Below the pieces are notes generated by a model. The model ran no database searches, had not been told where the DNA came from, and saw only the letters and a program-made list of their open reading frames with translations. A DNA stretch of 47,470 nt from Phoronis australis. Taxonomy: Eukaryota; Animalia; Phoronida. A program made the translations under genes and the position numbers. Positions within the stretch are counted from its first letter, which is position 1. Each line of letters opens with the position of its first letter. The DNA lies in contig NMRA01000122.1 of NCBI GenBank assembly GCA_002633005.1, positions 418,708 to 466,177 of the forward strand, written 5' to 3'. Shown one piece after another: positions 12,745-27,100 of this stretch.

Positions 12745-12845
12745 TTGTGATCGTGAGCTTCGCTTGTAATACATGGCAATATCTCGCGAAATCTTTCGTG
12801 ATCTTGCACGTTCGCGAGGTTCTCGCTGCTACGAAACGCGTGACT
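12745..12845 (-). repeat. Dispersed old repeat (TCGCGAG-rich), copy 2
   Basis: Reverse complement GAACCTCGCGAACGTGCAAGATCACGAAAGATTTCGCGAGATATTGCCATGTATT matches 1685-1740 with scattered mismatches. Confidence 0.55.
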
Positions 12846-13844
12846 GGTGTTTGTAGCTTTTATCATTTATGCCCAGAGTGGGATTGTTCCTAAATTCGAC
12901 TGTGCCTTCGCAGTACCTAAGCAAAACGGCAGGAAAGCACCGAACCTTTGTAAGAATGTAGAAGACAGGTGTCTACATTATACCCTGTACTTTTACCTTA
13001 GACACTATCAGCTGAATAGATGGTGTAATATTTATCTAACCAAAATTAACAAAAATAAAAATACAGTCCAATTTCATTTGTCGCCAATGTTTGGTTTCAC
13101 CTTATTCTCCACTGGCGTACTTGCGCATGCGTGTATTATACTGCACATGCAGTTGAGGGCCTGTCACACCACAGTAATTCTCACTAGCAAATGGGAAATA
13201 GCGAGTGGGAACCAACTAGGCGTTGTACAATCTGAGTAAGAGCCCTATGAAAGATACATATACCAGGCATGTTTTAGGCCAAGCATTACGATTTCTGACC
13301 GCCCCCCCCCCGTCCGTTTAATCAAAATTAACAGCTTGGGACGAACCCCCTACGAGTTTGGTGTAACAGGGCGCTTGAGACTTACATTTTTTTGGAATTA
13401 GTGCATACCTATCAAAATATAGTCGGGCCTCACAACACCAACCCCCACCTCTGTCCCCCGAGGGATCTGGACACTTTGCCCAAGTATGATACAACCCTTT
13501 GATCCGATAATTATGTTTCTGACTCTTGGTCACACCATTGAGACTGACTAGGTCCCATGAATCATATGCCTTCATCAAAAATCGTCCACCCATCGTGTTG
13601 CAACTTTTGTTGACTGTGTATTTCAGTGCTCGTCTGCCTAACTGCATATGTGAAAGCCCGAATGTTCGAAGTTACTACCGCATATGCGGGCACTTGGGAA
13701 ACTGCGCTTATATCCGGAATTAGGCGCATTCGCCTGTACATGAACTACTTGAGTAAATAAAACCAAGGAGCCAATTTTCCAAATATCGTCTAAGTGAAAC
13801 TTTGCTTTCTCGTTACAAAATGCTAAACGCAAACGTGTTATCAT

Positions 13845-13945
13845 TACCGGGGTTTTCCGTAGACAAGGCCACCTGATGAAACGCCCATGGGCGTTTATTC
13901 GGAAAATTATGCCAAATACACGCCCGTGGGCGTTTATTTGGTGTT
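13845..13945. mobile_element. Decayed Tc1/mariner-type MITE remnant
   Basis: Perfect 18-bp palindrome AAACGCCCATGGGCGTTT (13879-13896) and a near copy at 13920-13938; the GGGCGTTTA motif resembles the subterminal motif of the 42.7-45.0 kb element. Confidence 0.4.
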
Positions 13946-16461
13946 ATAACTTGTGGTATCAAGTATCCAGACAGTGGGACACTTAGCAAAATTCTTCTGT
14001 AGGTCTTGAAAAACTATTTCAATGACTGGTGATTTAATCAATGAAGTGAAACCATTTGTATACATTCATTGCGGAGAGAGAGTTAAGCCTGAATTATCAA
14101 AAACAACTTACAATATTAAAATCTGAATGCCATAAACCACTGGGCGAGTGGACATTACAGGACTCCACAACACACATTTTTATGACTTTCGCAACAATTT
14201 CCTATCATTTTAAGAAACATAATTAGTAATATAATTGATACGATCATGAATGTGCCCAACGCAATGAATGTGGTTGTTTGATATGACTACTACAGAACAG
14301 TTTAAAAAATAACAATTCATTATCAATGCAACTTTTAAGACGATGTCACGTAAAACATATTTTGTCCCTGAACACTATTTGAAAAGTATCAATATTTCTT
14401 TGCCGCAATGGGATACTTACTAGGGAAACCCATCAGTGTCGTCGCGGAGTATCTCAGTGCCCCGTCCCGGCCTGGCTGTCACCAATGTTGGGCTGCACTC
14501 CTATCGGGCTGCCTCCTGGAGCCCTTTGTGACACCCTGCATCAGTCAGGCTACCTTCGCAACAGCTTTTCAAGCAATTATGCCTCATGTTATTCTTCTGT
14601 GGACTATTGAAATACTGGAGATATACGAAAATGCTAACAGAAAACATTAGCATTTTGGGGTACAAATTAAAACTCCCGTAACTTAAATAATTCCAAATGT
14701 TGAACAACATTTTTGCCCCTGGCATGTCTCAAAGGGGTTTAGTTGACACTCCTTATTTATTTTGTTTTACCTGAATTTTCACGCGGATCCAAAATATTGC
14801 TACAAAAGTGATTGATTGATTGTAAATCACATTTTAACAGTCAGATCCCGAGTGGGGTTTACTCAGGGTATTGAAGCTTTTTGCTACTTCTGAAGTTGGT
14901 GCGTTAGCTGTGGCAAGCTTTCACTGTCTGAAGCCTAAAAGCACAGACTGAATTAGTGTTTGGGTAGTTTCAGCCACTCCGGTGTCATCGAAGTCATCAA
15001 CATGACTTTTGTTTGTGACACTACATCAGTGTGGAAAAAGAACGGAAGTGCAAGCGGGGGGGAGACAAATTACACGGAAATGTGCAACTTTAAACAGGTT
15101 AAAGTACTCACGACACCCGTTTTTAATGTTTTAATTCAGTGCCCATTGGCCACAAATATCAAAGGATAACGTGATCGCTACAAGCTGAGTTTCGACGTTA
15201 CTAAAATTAAAATCAGTGAAATCTAAGATAGTTTCGTTAGAAAACTGGACTCCGCTGAGTAAACTTAGGCTCGTGAACTTCTCAATCATAACGACCGGCC
15301 TTGGTGATTAAAAATGACATTTATACTTTACCTGATTGGTAATTTAGTTGATCTTTTTTGTCATTTTACTTACTCACTATAAATTGACATTGTCACAAAA
15401 TTGATTGTTTCAAAAGCCTGCTTGTAACATGAGAAATGTCGAACCATTTACGCGAATAATAAAACCCAGGAGTATATTGTTAGTAAATGATAACGACATG
15501 AATATTTCATCAGCGTTCGAATTAATCTCGAAACATACAACAAGTATTTATTTAAATATGGCAGATTTTATTATTCGTATTAATTATTGGTATATTCAAA
15601 CGACGCTCCCGTCTCAAGAGCTTACACGTGGCTAAAACGTTAGAAATGATATCAGAACTCGTCACCGATTGACTGAATATCGGTATTGAACAAGAGTCAT
15701 CAAAAGTTCGTGTACTGGTGCTCAAAGGTTCGTGCAGTTGTACATGTAGTCAAAGGTTCGTGTGGTTGTCAAGGATATTTTCAAAGCCGCGCCCCGCGTC
15801 ATTGGCTCAAAAAAATTACTGGCGCACTGTTTGCTCACTTCGGGGCAACTGGCGCATTAAAATTGTGTCGGAAATCGCGCCTTATGTTGTCTTGTCGCGG
15901 GAATAATTACGTGCCAGTTGCGAATCATCCGATCAAAACAAATAACCCAAACAACAAACTCAATGTAAGCGATTGCTAAGGGAGCCTTACCATAGATATA
16001 GAGACATCTAGATGGTTCTAATACACCGTGAAAATAAAAATTGAGACTGTGGAGACACGTGATTGCGATTTGGGTCCAGACCAAGCTCCAAACAGGAAAA
16101 GCAAACGAAATTACGGGCGTGAACGATGCCACTGAAGTAACAAATAACAAAAATAAAAAGAACAAGAACTGAAGTAAGTATAATAAACAATAATGCACAT
16201 ATAAGTAGGCTTATTGTAAATGTTTACCTAAAGTTGTGATAAAGTTTAAGGAATTCTGTTACGAATTAAATTAGCGTACAACGGCGACGTTCATCCAGCG
16301 GTGTGACTAGTAAAAGGGAAAGTCCTCGCGTATTTGTCTCATTCGTAGAAATTACCACAAAGCTTCTCGTGGACACCATTTTGAAATTAAACACCAGATA
16401 CATTACCCTGTATAGGCTTCCAATAAGTGTCAAGTTTTCAAATGTGCGGGAAAATATATTA

Positions 16462-16527
16462 TCGTTAACGATGGTGAAGGCAGCAGACAGTGACAGACGG
16501 GGACGAGTGTTCGATTCCTGACAAGCT
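16462..16527 (+). mobile_element. Degenerate tRNA-derived (SINE-like) head
   Basis: A-box-like TAACGATGG (16466-16474) and B-box GTTCGATTC (16509-16517) at tRNA-like spacing; no convincing acceptor stem, so not called a tRNA. Confidence 0.35.
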
Positions 16528-19500
16528 AAAAAAATTTAACTGAAATTCGGCAACACAATCTCTTGGCGGGTTGCCAAATGCAATATACGGTGTCAGGGTA
16601 CTATTGATAGCTTTCGCAAATTTAATTATAAGTACCAGTGACTTTGTTGGACCTTGTCTTTAAGCTAAAATGACCATGTGGCTATGTACCCTCGTCGTAA
16701 CCTGATGGTAATGAGAAAGCCTGCCTATTTTTAGAGCTTAATGCATGTATATTCAAAACGCTCACAAGACGATTCAAATGACTTAGTGCCTTGTGATTTA
16801 TTTTGTATTTTTTTCTTCTTGTAATGTTTCTTAAACGTAACTTCACCAACAACTTGGCACCAGTCTAGTAGTGCACGGACCGTAGAAGGAAGGCGTGGAA
16901 ACGAAAATGCCAGTGATTGCTTTTGATAAAAAAGGAAATAGAGGGAACAAATATCTATACACATTACTGGATGGGTTAACACGAGCAAAGTCAAAGCTAA
17001 AGCATGGCAACATTGCAAGAAACACCTCGACTGCAGACACAAATTAACCCTTAGTAGATTTGAGGTCCTGTGGATCAATTGAGCTCAAAGACACGTTTTC
17101 TAAAATGGTCTCTAAGTTGTACTCGGCATTTTCATAAATAGTAGAATCGTATATGACTTTCCAAACGGATATTCATGCGTGCATCGTAGCCATGTAAGTA
17201 TTAGCAAGAACACGTCCAGAGCTGAGACTCGTTCGTATCGTTACGTATCCGATGCACATCGCGTTAGCTTACATCGTTGCAGCCTGAACTGTAACGTTGA
17301 TCCGTGCTTCAGAGTGATGTATTATGTCACATGCAACGGAGGAAGAAAAGATCAAAGTTTTAATTCATTCACTTGTGTTTAGATAAGTGACAACACCACC
17401 CCTTTTGAATTAGCTTTTCACGACTTTTCACAGACATATCGGTTGTAGGGTGCATTGTCAAAACTCTCAACATCATGCAGGCTCACAGTGACGTCATGAG
17501 ACTCAAAAAGGGACTTCAGTAACACATGTAGCTATTTGTCACGTCTTTCAACAATTCTATTTCCTAGAAATGATCTTACGGTAACATACGTTCCAGTAAT
17601 CAGTTTAATCGTACTTCTGAAATCAGGTGTCGAGTCAGTTGTGAAAGAAACCCGGAATTGAAAATCACAGACGCAGTCTTAAAGAGAGATCCAAATAATG
17701 ACAGCCATCATCAGACATTCAAGCAACACAGAAAAGTATCCCAACAAGGCAACAAAAGGCGAATTTCCTTTTTCCACCGCACAACTTCGTGAAATTCGTG
17801 TTTTTCAATGCGTTGCACTAAGTTAAACCCAACTACTGGGTGCATTGTCGCCCACTTTTATGTTTTAGAATCAAACTACTGTCAATGAAACGAATGAGTG
17901 CGCATACAAGGCCACTAGAGAAATGGTCTCATTCATTCATCAGTTATCTTCATTCAGTCGTTCATCGCTGTGAACTCAGTGCCTCTTCATCAGTCATTGG
18001 CCATCAAAGTCCCGGACCGAGGCCAAGCCTTTTGAACAAATTAAATTAATGATATCAATTTGACCGGACTCCCTCCCCATCTGTGTTGGCAAAATATCCC
18101 GCGACAGATGTTGTGATGTTTTGATAAAACCACAAATTTGGTAGATTGAATAGGCCGAGCACTGCGGCATGTGCCAGCCATTGTTTACCCAAGCGCTGTT
18201 CAAATTCTATTCTGAGATCACAGTCCTTCTGAGTCCACTGGTCCGCCCACATGTAAGTCTTGGAAGAAAGAGTCCACTCGAAAACATTAACCTAGGAAAT
18301 CTTTTACGACTGAAAACATACAGTTCATGTGAAAGTAAATTTGCTTAGAGGATATGTTGTTGAAGACATCGGCCAACTTCAGAAGACGCCCAGCATGTGA
18401 CGTCACGGACAGGTGCGAAGAAGTGTCAATCACTGCGCGACACGCGACCGACACCAGCTGTCCATGGAATCCACCAATCAAAAAGCAGTCTTTCTAAAAG
18501 CGATAAACGAACATTTAAGTATATTTTCTTAAACATATTATCATTTCTCTAAAAATCGATAGATTATTGAGAAAACATACAACCGACAGATCACCATCTA
18601 TTGATCGGAATTTCGAAGTGTTTTTCGTTGCACAAAAAAGGAACTGTCGTTGGGCAAAAATAAAGCATTTGAATAATTTATTAATAAACCGATTATCAAA
18701 ATCTTAAAAGGCTCCAGGACGAGAGCTTGTATACTTAATAGAGCAAGTGTCTCTCCGTTAACCAATCAGATCGCGGAATCAGGACAGCTTGGCACGCGAC
18801 ATCTTGCAAGATAATAACACCTCAATGAGACGATTTTCGAGATTGGCTTTAAAAGCCCTTTTGAGTGAAAAGGTCAATTTTCACAGCGGTGAACACTGTG
18901 TGATTAGGGTGAATTGAAAAGATAATTCAAAATTCCTGCTCTTCAAAGGTAGATGTACAATAGACGCTGTATCCTGGAGGGTTATAAGGTGTGTTGAACC
19001 CAGACGTCCGCTATTGTTTGGTTGCTAAGGAGGACAGATGTTACACTATCTAAGCGCGTGTGGGCCCCGTGCTTTGCCCATTCATAATTTAAGGAGTTGT
19101 TTGAACGAGGTCTTAAATTAACATCTCACAGGCCATATGATCGTATATACTCAACAACTGCAGTACCGTTTCCCAACATAAAATATGTAAGCACGTTAGT
19201 AGGCAAACATTGGTTGAAAAACAGCACGCTTCAACTCACGTTTTCGTCGGATTCCGTGTGGCGTTATCATGTACGTTTATTAAGTTACTTTGGACAGTTA
19301 TGTGCACTGTAAAGTCACACGGAAATTGACGAAGGTTGTATCAAAGGAGCTGCTTCTATTTGCATGATCCACCACGCCAGTTGATAAAGCAACACCTTAG
19401 ATCATCATAATCAGACTAAACAAGATTATTTTCCCCAGATCACATAGTACTGTGGGAGTTTCCCGTAGTTGAAACGCCTATTAAGACAACGCTAACGATG

Positions 19501-21074
19501 AATTTCGTGGAAACAACCTGCAATGAAACCTTAACAATATAATGATAGCTACGGCTGCGTTTTCAAATTATCGGTCCATTGCACTAACAATCATTTTTAC
19601 GAGCACCACATGATGGATGGGCACACGCCCTTCGTGGATAGTATGCATAAATTACATCAATTCACATCTTCGAAAAAGAATATATTAAAATCAAGTTAAA
19701 ATGATACAAGCCCTCACAAAATGCGATGTTTTTTACCAGTCCAAACAAGGACTGTGCATTTTCCAAACGTTAAGCAAGAAGCAAAATGAAAATTTAGTTT
19801 TCAGAATTTTAGACTTAACTATTCTAGATCCCGAGGGAAAACTGACTAAGATAACGCTTGTCGTATATAGTGCAACAACAGGTTAATCCAGCTGCCGCAC
19901 CGTCATGTCTGAGCATCCCATAAAAGACTGCGACGTGACTACCTTGAAAGGCCGCACGTTGGTTGTCGTGTACCAAGTTTGCGCGGGCGAAACGAAGTAA
20001 GCACCTGGATGCGGGTATTATTGCTGTAAATAATCACTCTGTTGAACTGGCCTATTGAATTGCCTAATTTACCACTTTGTAAGACTGGCGGTCCGAGCAC
20101 CTGTCCAGCAAATATGAAGCGTCACACAGTGGTCAATGGCCTATTAGTTTTGGCCATGATACAAAGGACGATGTATGTTTAAATACAACGCACAAACACG
20201 ACCGGTTTGGGTGATTGAATATGTTCTTACCGGCTGGGGACCCAGAAATGACACAGATACAGCTCAAATATACGTAAATAAATAAGCAAACATGCATTAA
20301 CGTTAAGTGTCGGATTAATTATCAAAGACGAGCCGACTAATCTTTCATTGAAATCTTCTTGGCAAATTTCCAGAGTGAAAATCATGTTTTTGACAATTTA
20401 ACAGAAAGCAAATGTTGCTTTGGGCTGTAGATGGTGTGAACTTCAATATCGCATGAATTCGAAACAATTCCGTCCTTCACTATCGTAGATCACATAAATG
20501 AAGATTCGCAGCTACGAATGGATGAAAATCATAGACGGTGGTATGGCACCTGTGGGTTCAATTTTATCTCTGATTGCTTACGGTAAAATGAATTGGTCGT
20601 TTGCTCAGTGCAATACCTTGTTACCGTAGTCAAAACATGTTAGTCACTTTCGCTCACATTTGCAACCCTCGAGGACAGAGATTTCATTTTCCAATCGGAT
20701 TGCGAATTGAGAGCAATCCAAATCAGGTTTGACAACGAAGCACGAAAATTGAACAACGAGCGTTACCTTCAAATAGGAAGTACGGACCCGAAATGTTAAA
20801 AATTTCACATGCAAAGCTCGTTTTATGCCTTTGTGGGGACAGTTTGTCTTATTTGAAGAGAAATCTGTAATTCCTGTTCAATTTCTGTAGGTGCTTCGTG
20901 TTTCGTGATGAGCTTGAGAATGCTCAGTGTATAATATAAATATACATGCGAATGTATTTTGCCGCGAAAATGCGCACTCGACACTTAAGTTTGGGGTCTA
21001 GAGGAAGAGTAGAGTAGACGAGGGCGACGCCCCTGGACAGCTTCGCAAGATCGGACGATCTCGCCTTCTGTCCT

Positions 21075-21150
21075 CAGCTTGGCTAGACTCTCGCCTTTCC
21101 CTATATAGCCTACTAAGTACCACGTGACTCCCGAGGTGGTTTCACGTGCT
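21075..21150 (-). promoter_or_regulatory. Candidate distal TATA promoter
   Basis: Minus-strand TATATAG (21107-21101) preceded by GAGTCACGTG (21130-21121) and a second CACGTG (21148-21143); GC/CpG-rich sequence follows. Confidence 0.4.
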
Positions 21151-24100
21151 GTGAAATTAGTGAGCAAGTGTTTTTTATGTATTTCAGCCTTATTCTAAGT
21201 TCCCCACATTTTCTCAGCATGAGCTGCCGCAAACAAAATCTAACTGCTATCGTTCTGTTGAACTTGCGATGAACTACGAAAAAGTATTTTCCGCAGTACA
21301 TAAGTTATACTAATTTAATGCCAAGCCCATGCATGAAGTTATAAGGGAGCTGGCTCATACATTTTCAACTTCGTCAGACGTTACCCGGCGTAATGACTGT
21401 CACAAAATTTCACAGTTCCCTCGATCATCCGTATGTTCGTACGTATTTTACAATGGTTAAAGTTTGAATAAAAAAATAAAGATCTATATTCAATTTCAGA
21501 ACAGTAATTACAACAAGATCTATAATAAGCATAGCCTGGTGAGGCTGATGAGATGGGTGTTCACTTGCGGAAAAAATTACTCATGTACCTTTAATTTTGA
21601 CACATTTGTTGAACTCTACTAACACCCAGATCTTCTAAAGTACACCAAACCCGCACGCCAGGGTAGCACGAGCAAGAGTTCGTCGAGGCAATATCGCGCA
21701 AGTTTACAAGCATAAATTCCCCGAGGGAGTGTGGCCTTGTCAAGATCCGGAGGCCGACAATATTTTCATATCTTGAGGGCCAAAGAACTAGATGTGTTTT
21801 GCGGCCAAGTTTGGAACTTCTATATTAAATACGATGTACATGTCAAGATACGTGATACGCAATTTATTAGATTCTAACTTGAAGATTTGTTACAAAAGTT
21901 AAATGCAATTTACAAGTGTCAAGTTAAAATAAAACTATAAACAAAAAGTAACTGAGGTTACTTTACATTGGGCGAGCGTGTTTTTAAGTTGCGTCATGCG
22001 GTTGAAAGTTTTGGACACGTCGAGTTTTTCGCCAAAAAGATCGTTTTACGATTCATGTGAGAAAACAAATTCCTCGTCAATCCTCGGGATATTGACGAAA
22101 TTTCCAAGAGGTTTTGCCCATGTCATAAACTTGAGACGAGTGTAGGATTCTCTAAGTACGTTGTATAACGCAATTTTTCTACATTATATGCCACAGAGGA
22201 TTCTTTAAAGAAGCCACTTTACACAAGCTGTTCCACGTGCGTTGTTTGTCATTAAAAATAGTCGATGCTGATCAAAATTTGCGTAACACCAGTCGCAAAA
22301 CTTTCTGTGCACGCGGTTTTTAGGTCCGTTCATGGGATTAAGTTTGCGGGGAATTTTCATACTGCTTTTAAAAAGCAAAAAGCATCAGTTTTTATAAGGC
22401 CGTTCATGCAAGTGTTTTTTGCGGATGTTTTTATCCAGAATCAAGTTCCCGAAAAATTCAACGCATGAACTCAAATTTTGCGAAATTTTTCCCTGGAGAA
22501 GTTACCCCTCTCTGCAAGGTTCTGTGTAGTACGTTGACACATACACGTTAGACCATGGCATTTCTCAGTTCAAGTTGTCCGTGAGGACGTGAGCTGTAAG
22601 ACCACACGCTATGGCAACTGCACAAACTGTTGCAAATTGGGTAGACCGTGAAAGCACCAACTGTCGTAATTTTTTATTGCGACAATTTGTGGTGAGCCGT
22701 GAGTTCCACAGACTGTCGTAATTCTCAACTGCGCAAGCTAGCCTTGTATAGACCTTCGAAGCACAAACAAGCCGTGCGTCAGTCCCCAGCGTCAATGTCC
22801 ATGTTAACACAGTTTTACGCATCTTTCATGGCTTTACATTGACGTTATCCACGCCAACATCGCAGTTTTCTCCCACATCAGCATTCTGTATACCTTCAAA
22901 CTCATGTTTTTCATCACAATCACCGTCTTCCCCATAGTAACCCGGCAATAAACGCATTTTACATCACAAAAAATGACTTATAATTTAGATCACTTACCGT
23001 TATGAAATTAAGTTAAAATTTTTCTTTAGAGGTGATTTTAGGGCTTCGAAAGAGCTATCAGTTCGTTATTGTTTGAGACCAGGCTCTACAGTTGGCTTGT
23101 TACGACGAGTCAGTCTCACACTCCGATCACGTTTTCAAAGAATACCGAACTATCGGTTCTTTGAAATCACTTCGTAGATTAAGGAACAAGTTCAGGCCAA
23201 TCTTATAGCGACAAGTGGTCTAAATGAAAAGTTCGCCTTTTCAACCAACGTAACTCAGATTTATATATGCTTTAAATTATTTAGGGTAGCCATTCTGTTC
23301 AATCTCACAGAGGAAAAGCGGCCTTGTTCGCTTCTGGCCACTTCAAATTTCCCCATTTCACCGGTCATATGAGCAGAATCACATTTCCAATAAGACAGGA
23401 CTTGTAGGCTAGAAACTGCCTTTCGTCACAGTTGTCATCTTTACCGTAGTCACCGTTAAATTGTCTATAATATAATGGAATATATGGCGACAATTTGTGC
23501 CTTGAAAGCCTGCAGAAATCGCCGCAGTTTGTGGGTTACGACAGTTTGCGCAACCCCTACAAATTGCCGTAAAGAAAAATTGACAGTTAGTATAACGTGT
23601 TGGTCTGTACGAACAAAGCGAGGATTGTAACAGCACGTGCACAGTTGTGACAGTCTGCAGTCTAACGATGTGTTGTAAAAACCATTGCTTGCCACACGAA
23701 CTCTATCTACACATAAAGCAGTGCCTCCTCTGAGATCTAATCTTCTCACTCTAAAAAACACATGTATCATCAAAAAATCTCAGAACAAATGTCTAGATGT
23801 CCGTCTTTTCGTTGTTTCCACTACGTACGCCGAGTAAATTCACGTTTCGGCAGGTGACATTTTTTAAGTAGTAATAGATTTAAGAGCAGTCGTATTTCAT
23901 TAATTTTACATCATATTTAATTTAAATACATTGTCTGTTCTTGGGGCAAAATGTCCCCAACAGACTTGAAGTGTTGGAATCTCAACAAAAATGGACGTAA
24001 TACATCAACTCTCATACACGGTTAACAACTGCTGCACTTTTGGAGTAGTTTTCATTTTTGTTCATAAGAGCTGATGTTTTTGGGGTATAACTAAAAATCG

Positions 24101-27100
24101 TGTAAATGCTCCCTAATTTTCGCATTTTTCCGCATTCGATCACTTCGATTGAGAATATTTTTATGACATAAACGAATTCAGCATTTGAATTCTTTTTGTG
24201 TCATTTCTGAGCATCATTTTTAAAATGTGGTCACCCATTAGGAGTTTATTAATGAAAAGAAACAATCGGAGATATGAATGGAGGCGAATATCACTTTTAT
24301 TACGATAGCTTGAAAATAGTTCAAACGTGTGTTACTTTACGCGAGATGTATTTCGCCCCACCCCCAGCAGCCAAACCGTCGCTCACATTTGAAACATCCT
24401 GTTCCTCTGATGCCTTATTGTTAGACATACCACTTCTCTGTGAATTCGACCTAATTTTACGATAACTAGTTTTGATTTTGTAGCAGGTACTTGAATATCT
24501 GGAAATCCTACCCTAAAACTTCGATGGTTTGTACGACTGATGTGATACTGAAGAAAAGCGGATGTTCGTTGTTCTCCGGAAAATTTCGTCAATCACGATT
24601 ACATTAGGGTGTGATTTGTAGAACGCAGGATATAGGATAAAGGGGTTTTAGCTCATTTGTGTAGTAGAGATTATATTTACACACTTGCATGATACGCCTA
24701 AGTTTGTTCGTTTAGGAGTTTCCACCAACCACTAAATATCTTCTTTGCAGTAGCAATTCAGATCGGAAAAGTGTGCAAATCCCTGTGCACCTTCCCAAGT
24801 CCACAGATATATCACATTTATATTTATTTTGAACTGTTCTTTGGATAAGCGCACATGAAGAATATTGGCCGTTTAACCAGTCACTTTCAGGACAGCCAAT
24901 GTCTACCATTATGCTTGTTACTTTGTGACGCTCTGTAAAAGGAATAGTATCTGTGAATTAGTAAGTGGAAGGTCTCGGTTGTGCACGTGAACAATTTTTA
25001 TCCCAGTAAATCAGAATGTGCTAGCAACCTTTATTGCAGTGACTTTTTTTAAAAAAACGAAGGAACACCCAGCTCTGAAGCACATTACCACCACTAGTAG
25101 AGGCCATTCAAGAAACCTAACAGTGAGGTAAGAAGTAATTCTTACAACCATTTATGAACAAAACGAACGAACTTAACTGCACTGTTTTCCATAAGGGAGC
25201 CATGACTTTTCATTAGTTTTATTGTCAATGCAGGGGTGATAATTTTGGTACAGTATTTTTCCATGTTTTCTTCATGGCCAGACAACTACCTGGTTATAAT
25301 AAACACAACATAGGTGAACAAAAATCACGTAAAATAAAAAAATCAATCTTTTACTAAGAAATTAAATAATGAACAAGGAACAACTTCACAATGAGTTTAA
25401 GCGACCATTCATGAAAACAGCACCAGTGCAGACTCAAAAGAATCACATTAGAAATATTGAAGTTGAAACTGTCTCATCAGAAACAATACTTTAACATACT
25501 ATCAAATTTAAACCAACATAGTTAAACACACAATTCAAAATTTTTGAAATCAAACACACCCCATTAGTTCAAGGGGCTTCCCTAATACCCACAATGACCC
25601 ATTTTCACAGACAGCAATTATGAATAAATATCACATTACCAAGAGGTATGGATAAAACCATAACACATTTAGAACCTAGACCTTAGAATCCCTTCCACCG
25701 AGTATAAATGCTCCCTTGAAATACATATTTCTAGTTAAGCTGACCATTTATCAAATTGTGCAATAATTCCAGGTAATTCACCTGGTCCATACCCAATCAC
25801 AACCAGCACAGGACCGAAGGTTAATAAATAATAGACTTTGCAAATTTCTGCAACAAATCAAGAACCCAGACTAAACTCAGGTACTGTTGTTTTTCTAACA
25901 CCAGGAATTTAGTTTTGTGTACTGTAGAGGAAATGGTGTTGGATAGACACAAAGGATGTAGCAGTTACATAAGAAGTGTTCCCTTTGAGGAGATAGCAAA
26001 AACTGCATGTACAGAGTAGGAAAATATCCATTCCTAGTTTCTCTGCAATTACAATCAACTGTATCATTTTCCAACTTCAGTGGCTTTGAACAGAAGCTTC
26101 ATAATTCCAGGAATACAATAGCACCCTTAGATACCAGTAAAACCCTTTTTCACAGTATTTCCTTAACATTTTTGGGACACCCAATATTATTGATTCAAAC
26201 ATAATTATCTGGGAATCAGACACTTCAAGAATGGACAAAACGCTACATGAAGACCAATAATCTGATGTGGCTGGGCCAAACTTTAAATTGTGTTTTGTTG
26301 GAAGCAGCTGTCTAATTAAGCATGAGACAACTGGAAACACTGCAATGTTTGTTTGATAACATCTTTCAGTAGGCAGATAGCTGATGATGGTAAAAAAGGA
26401 CACATGTATAATATTAACCAGGCAGGTGCTTTTAACAGGTCTAAAACGGCCCCAAGGATACTTTTCTTATTTTCAGTGTACTTTATGAGACTGTAACGAG
26501 ATTCGACTGAACTATGCAAACATTAACAGGCCAGCCAATAGCCTGAAGACAAGATGCGACACAAATGAGTTGGCAAGTAAAAAAATTGAACTGCTCATTC
26601 ACTCCAATGGAACTTTCATTTTCACATCAGTGACAAAAATGCTGTATAAAAAATGCTGTATAAAAAGCACATATAAATAAGTGAATAAATATACAAAAAA
26701 TTCCCAGAATAGAACAGTTGGTGGAATTCCCCAAAAACAGTATCAGGTCAGGGATTCAAAGGGCTCACTCAGGTGGGGGAGGGGTATTTCACCCTTTTAT
26801 GCACCATCTCAGTGATTTAGTTTTGTGGTATCTCAAGTGAGTAATTAGAATTCGGAGGGGGGGAGGGGGGATCCTCTAGGGTAAATAATTTGGGTTTGCA
26901 ATATTGTCTCAGGTTATGATTTGACTTTGTGTTACCATCTTGCATGGCTGATTTGATTTTGGGATATTGTAGATGTGTGGGTAATTCGCATTTGTAGTGA
27001 CTGAGGGCCAGGTAATGAAAAGGGTAGGCTTGAATCTTGGAACTGACTTGTGCATGATTCTTCATCATTTTTGATAGTCTGTCTGGATTTAGGATATGCG

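Noticed and set aside
95-12845. SoxC captured in a composite transposon or inverted duplication (two repeat pairs flank it in inverted orientation)
   Set aside because: No target-site duplication outside 95/10101, and the order A,B...A',B' is not nested. Independent insertions of common repeats explain it.
13873-13910. CTGATGA plus hairpin as a second hammerhead
   Set aside because: GAAA does not follow the stem directly and there is no stem III or NUH triplet; better explained as a MITE palindrome.
22826-22960. Acidic minus-strand peptide (WEDGDCDEKHEFEG) like a transposase terminus
   Set aside because: Only ~40 codons, with no adjoining DDE domain or TIRs.
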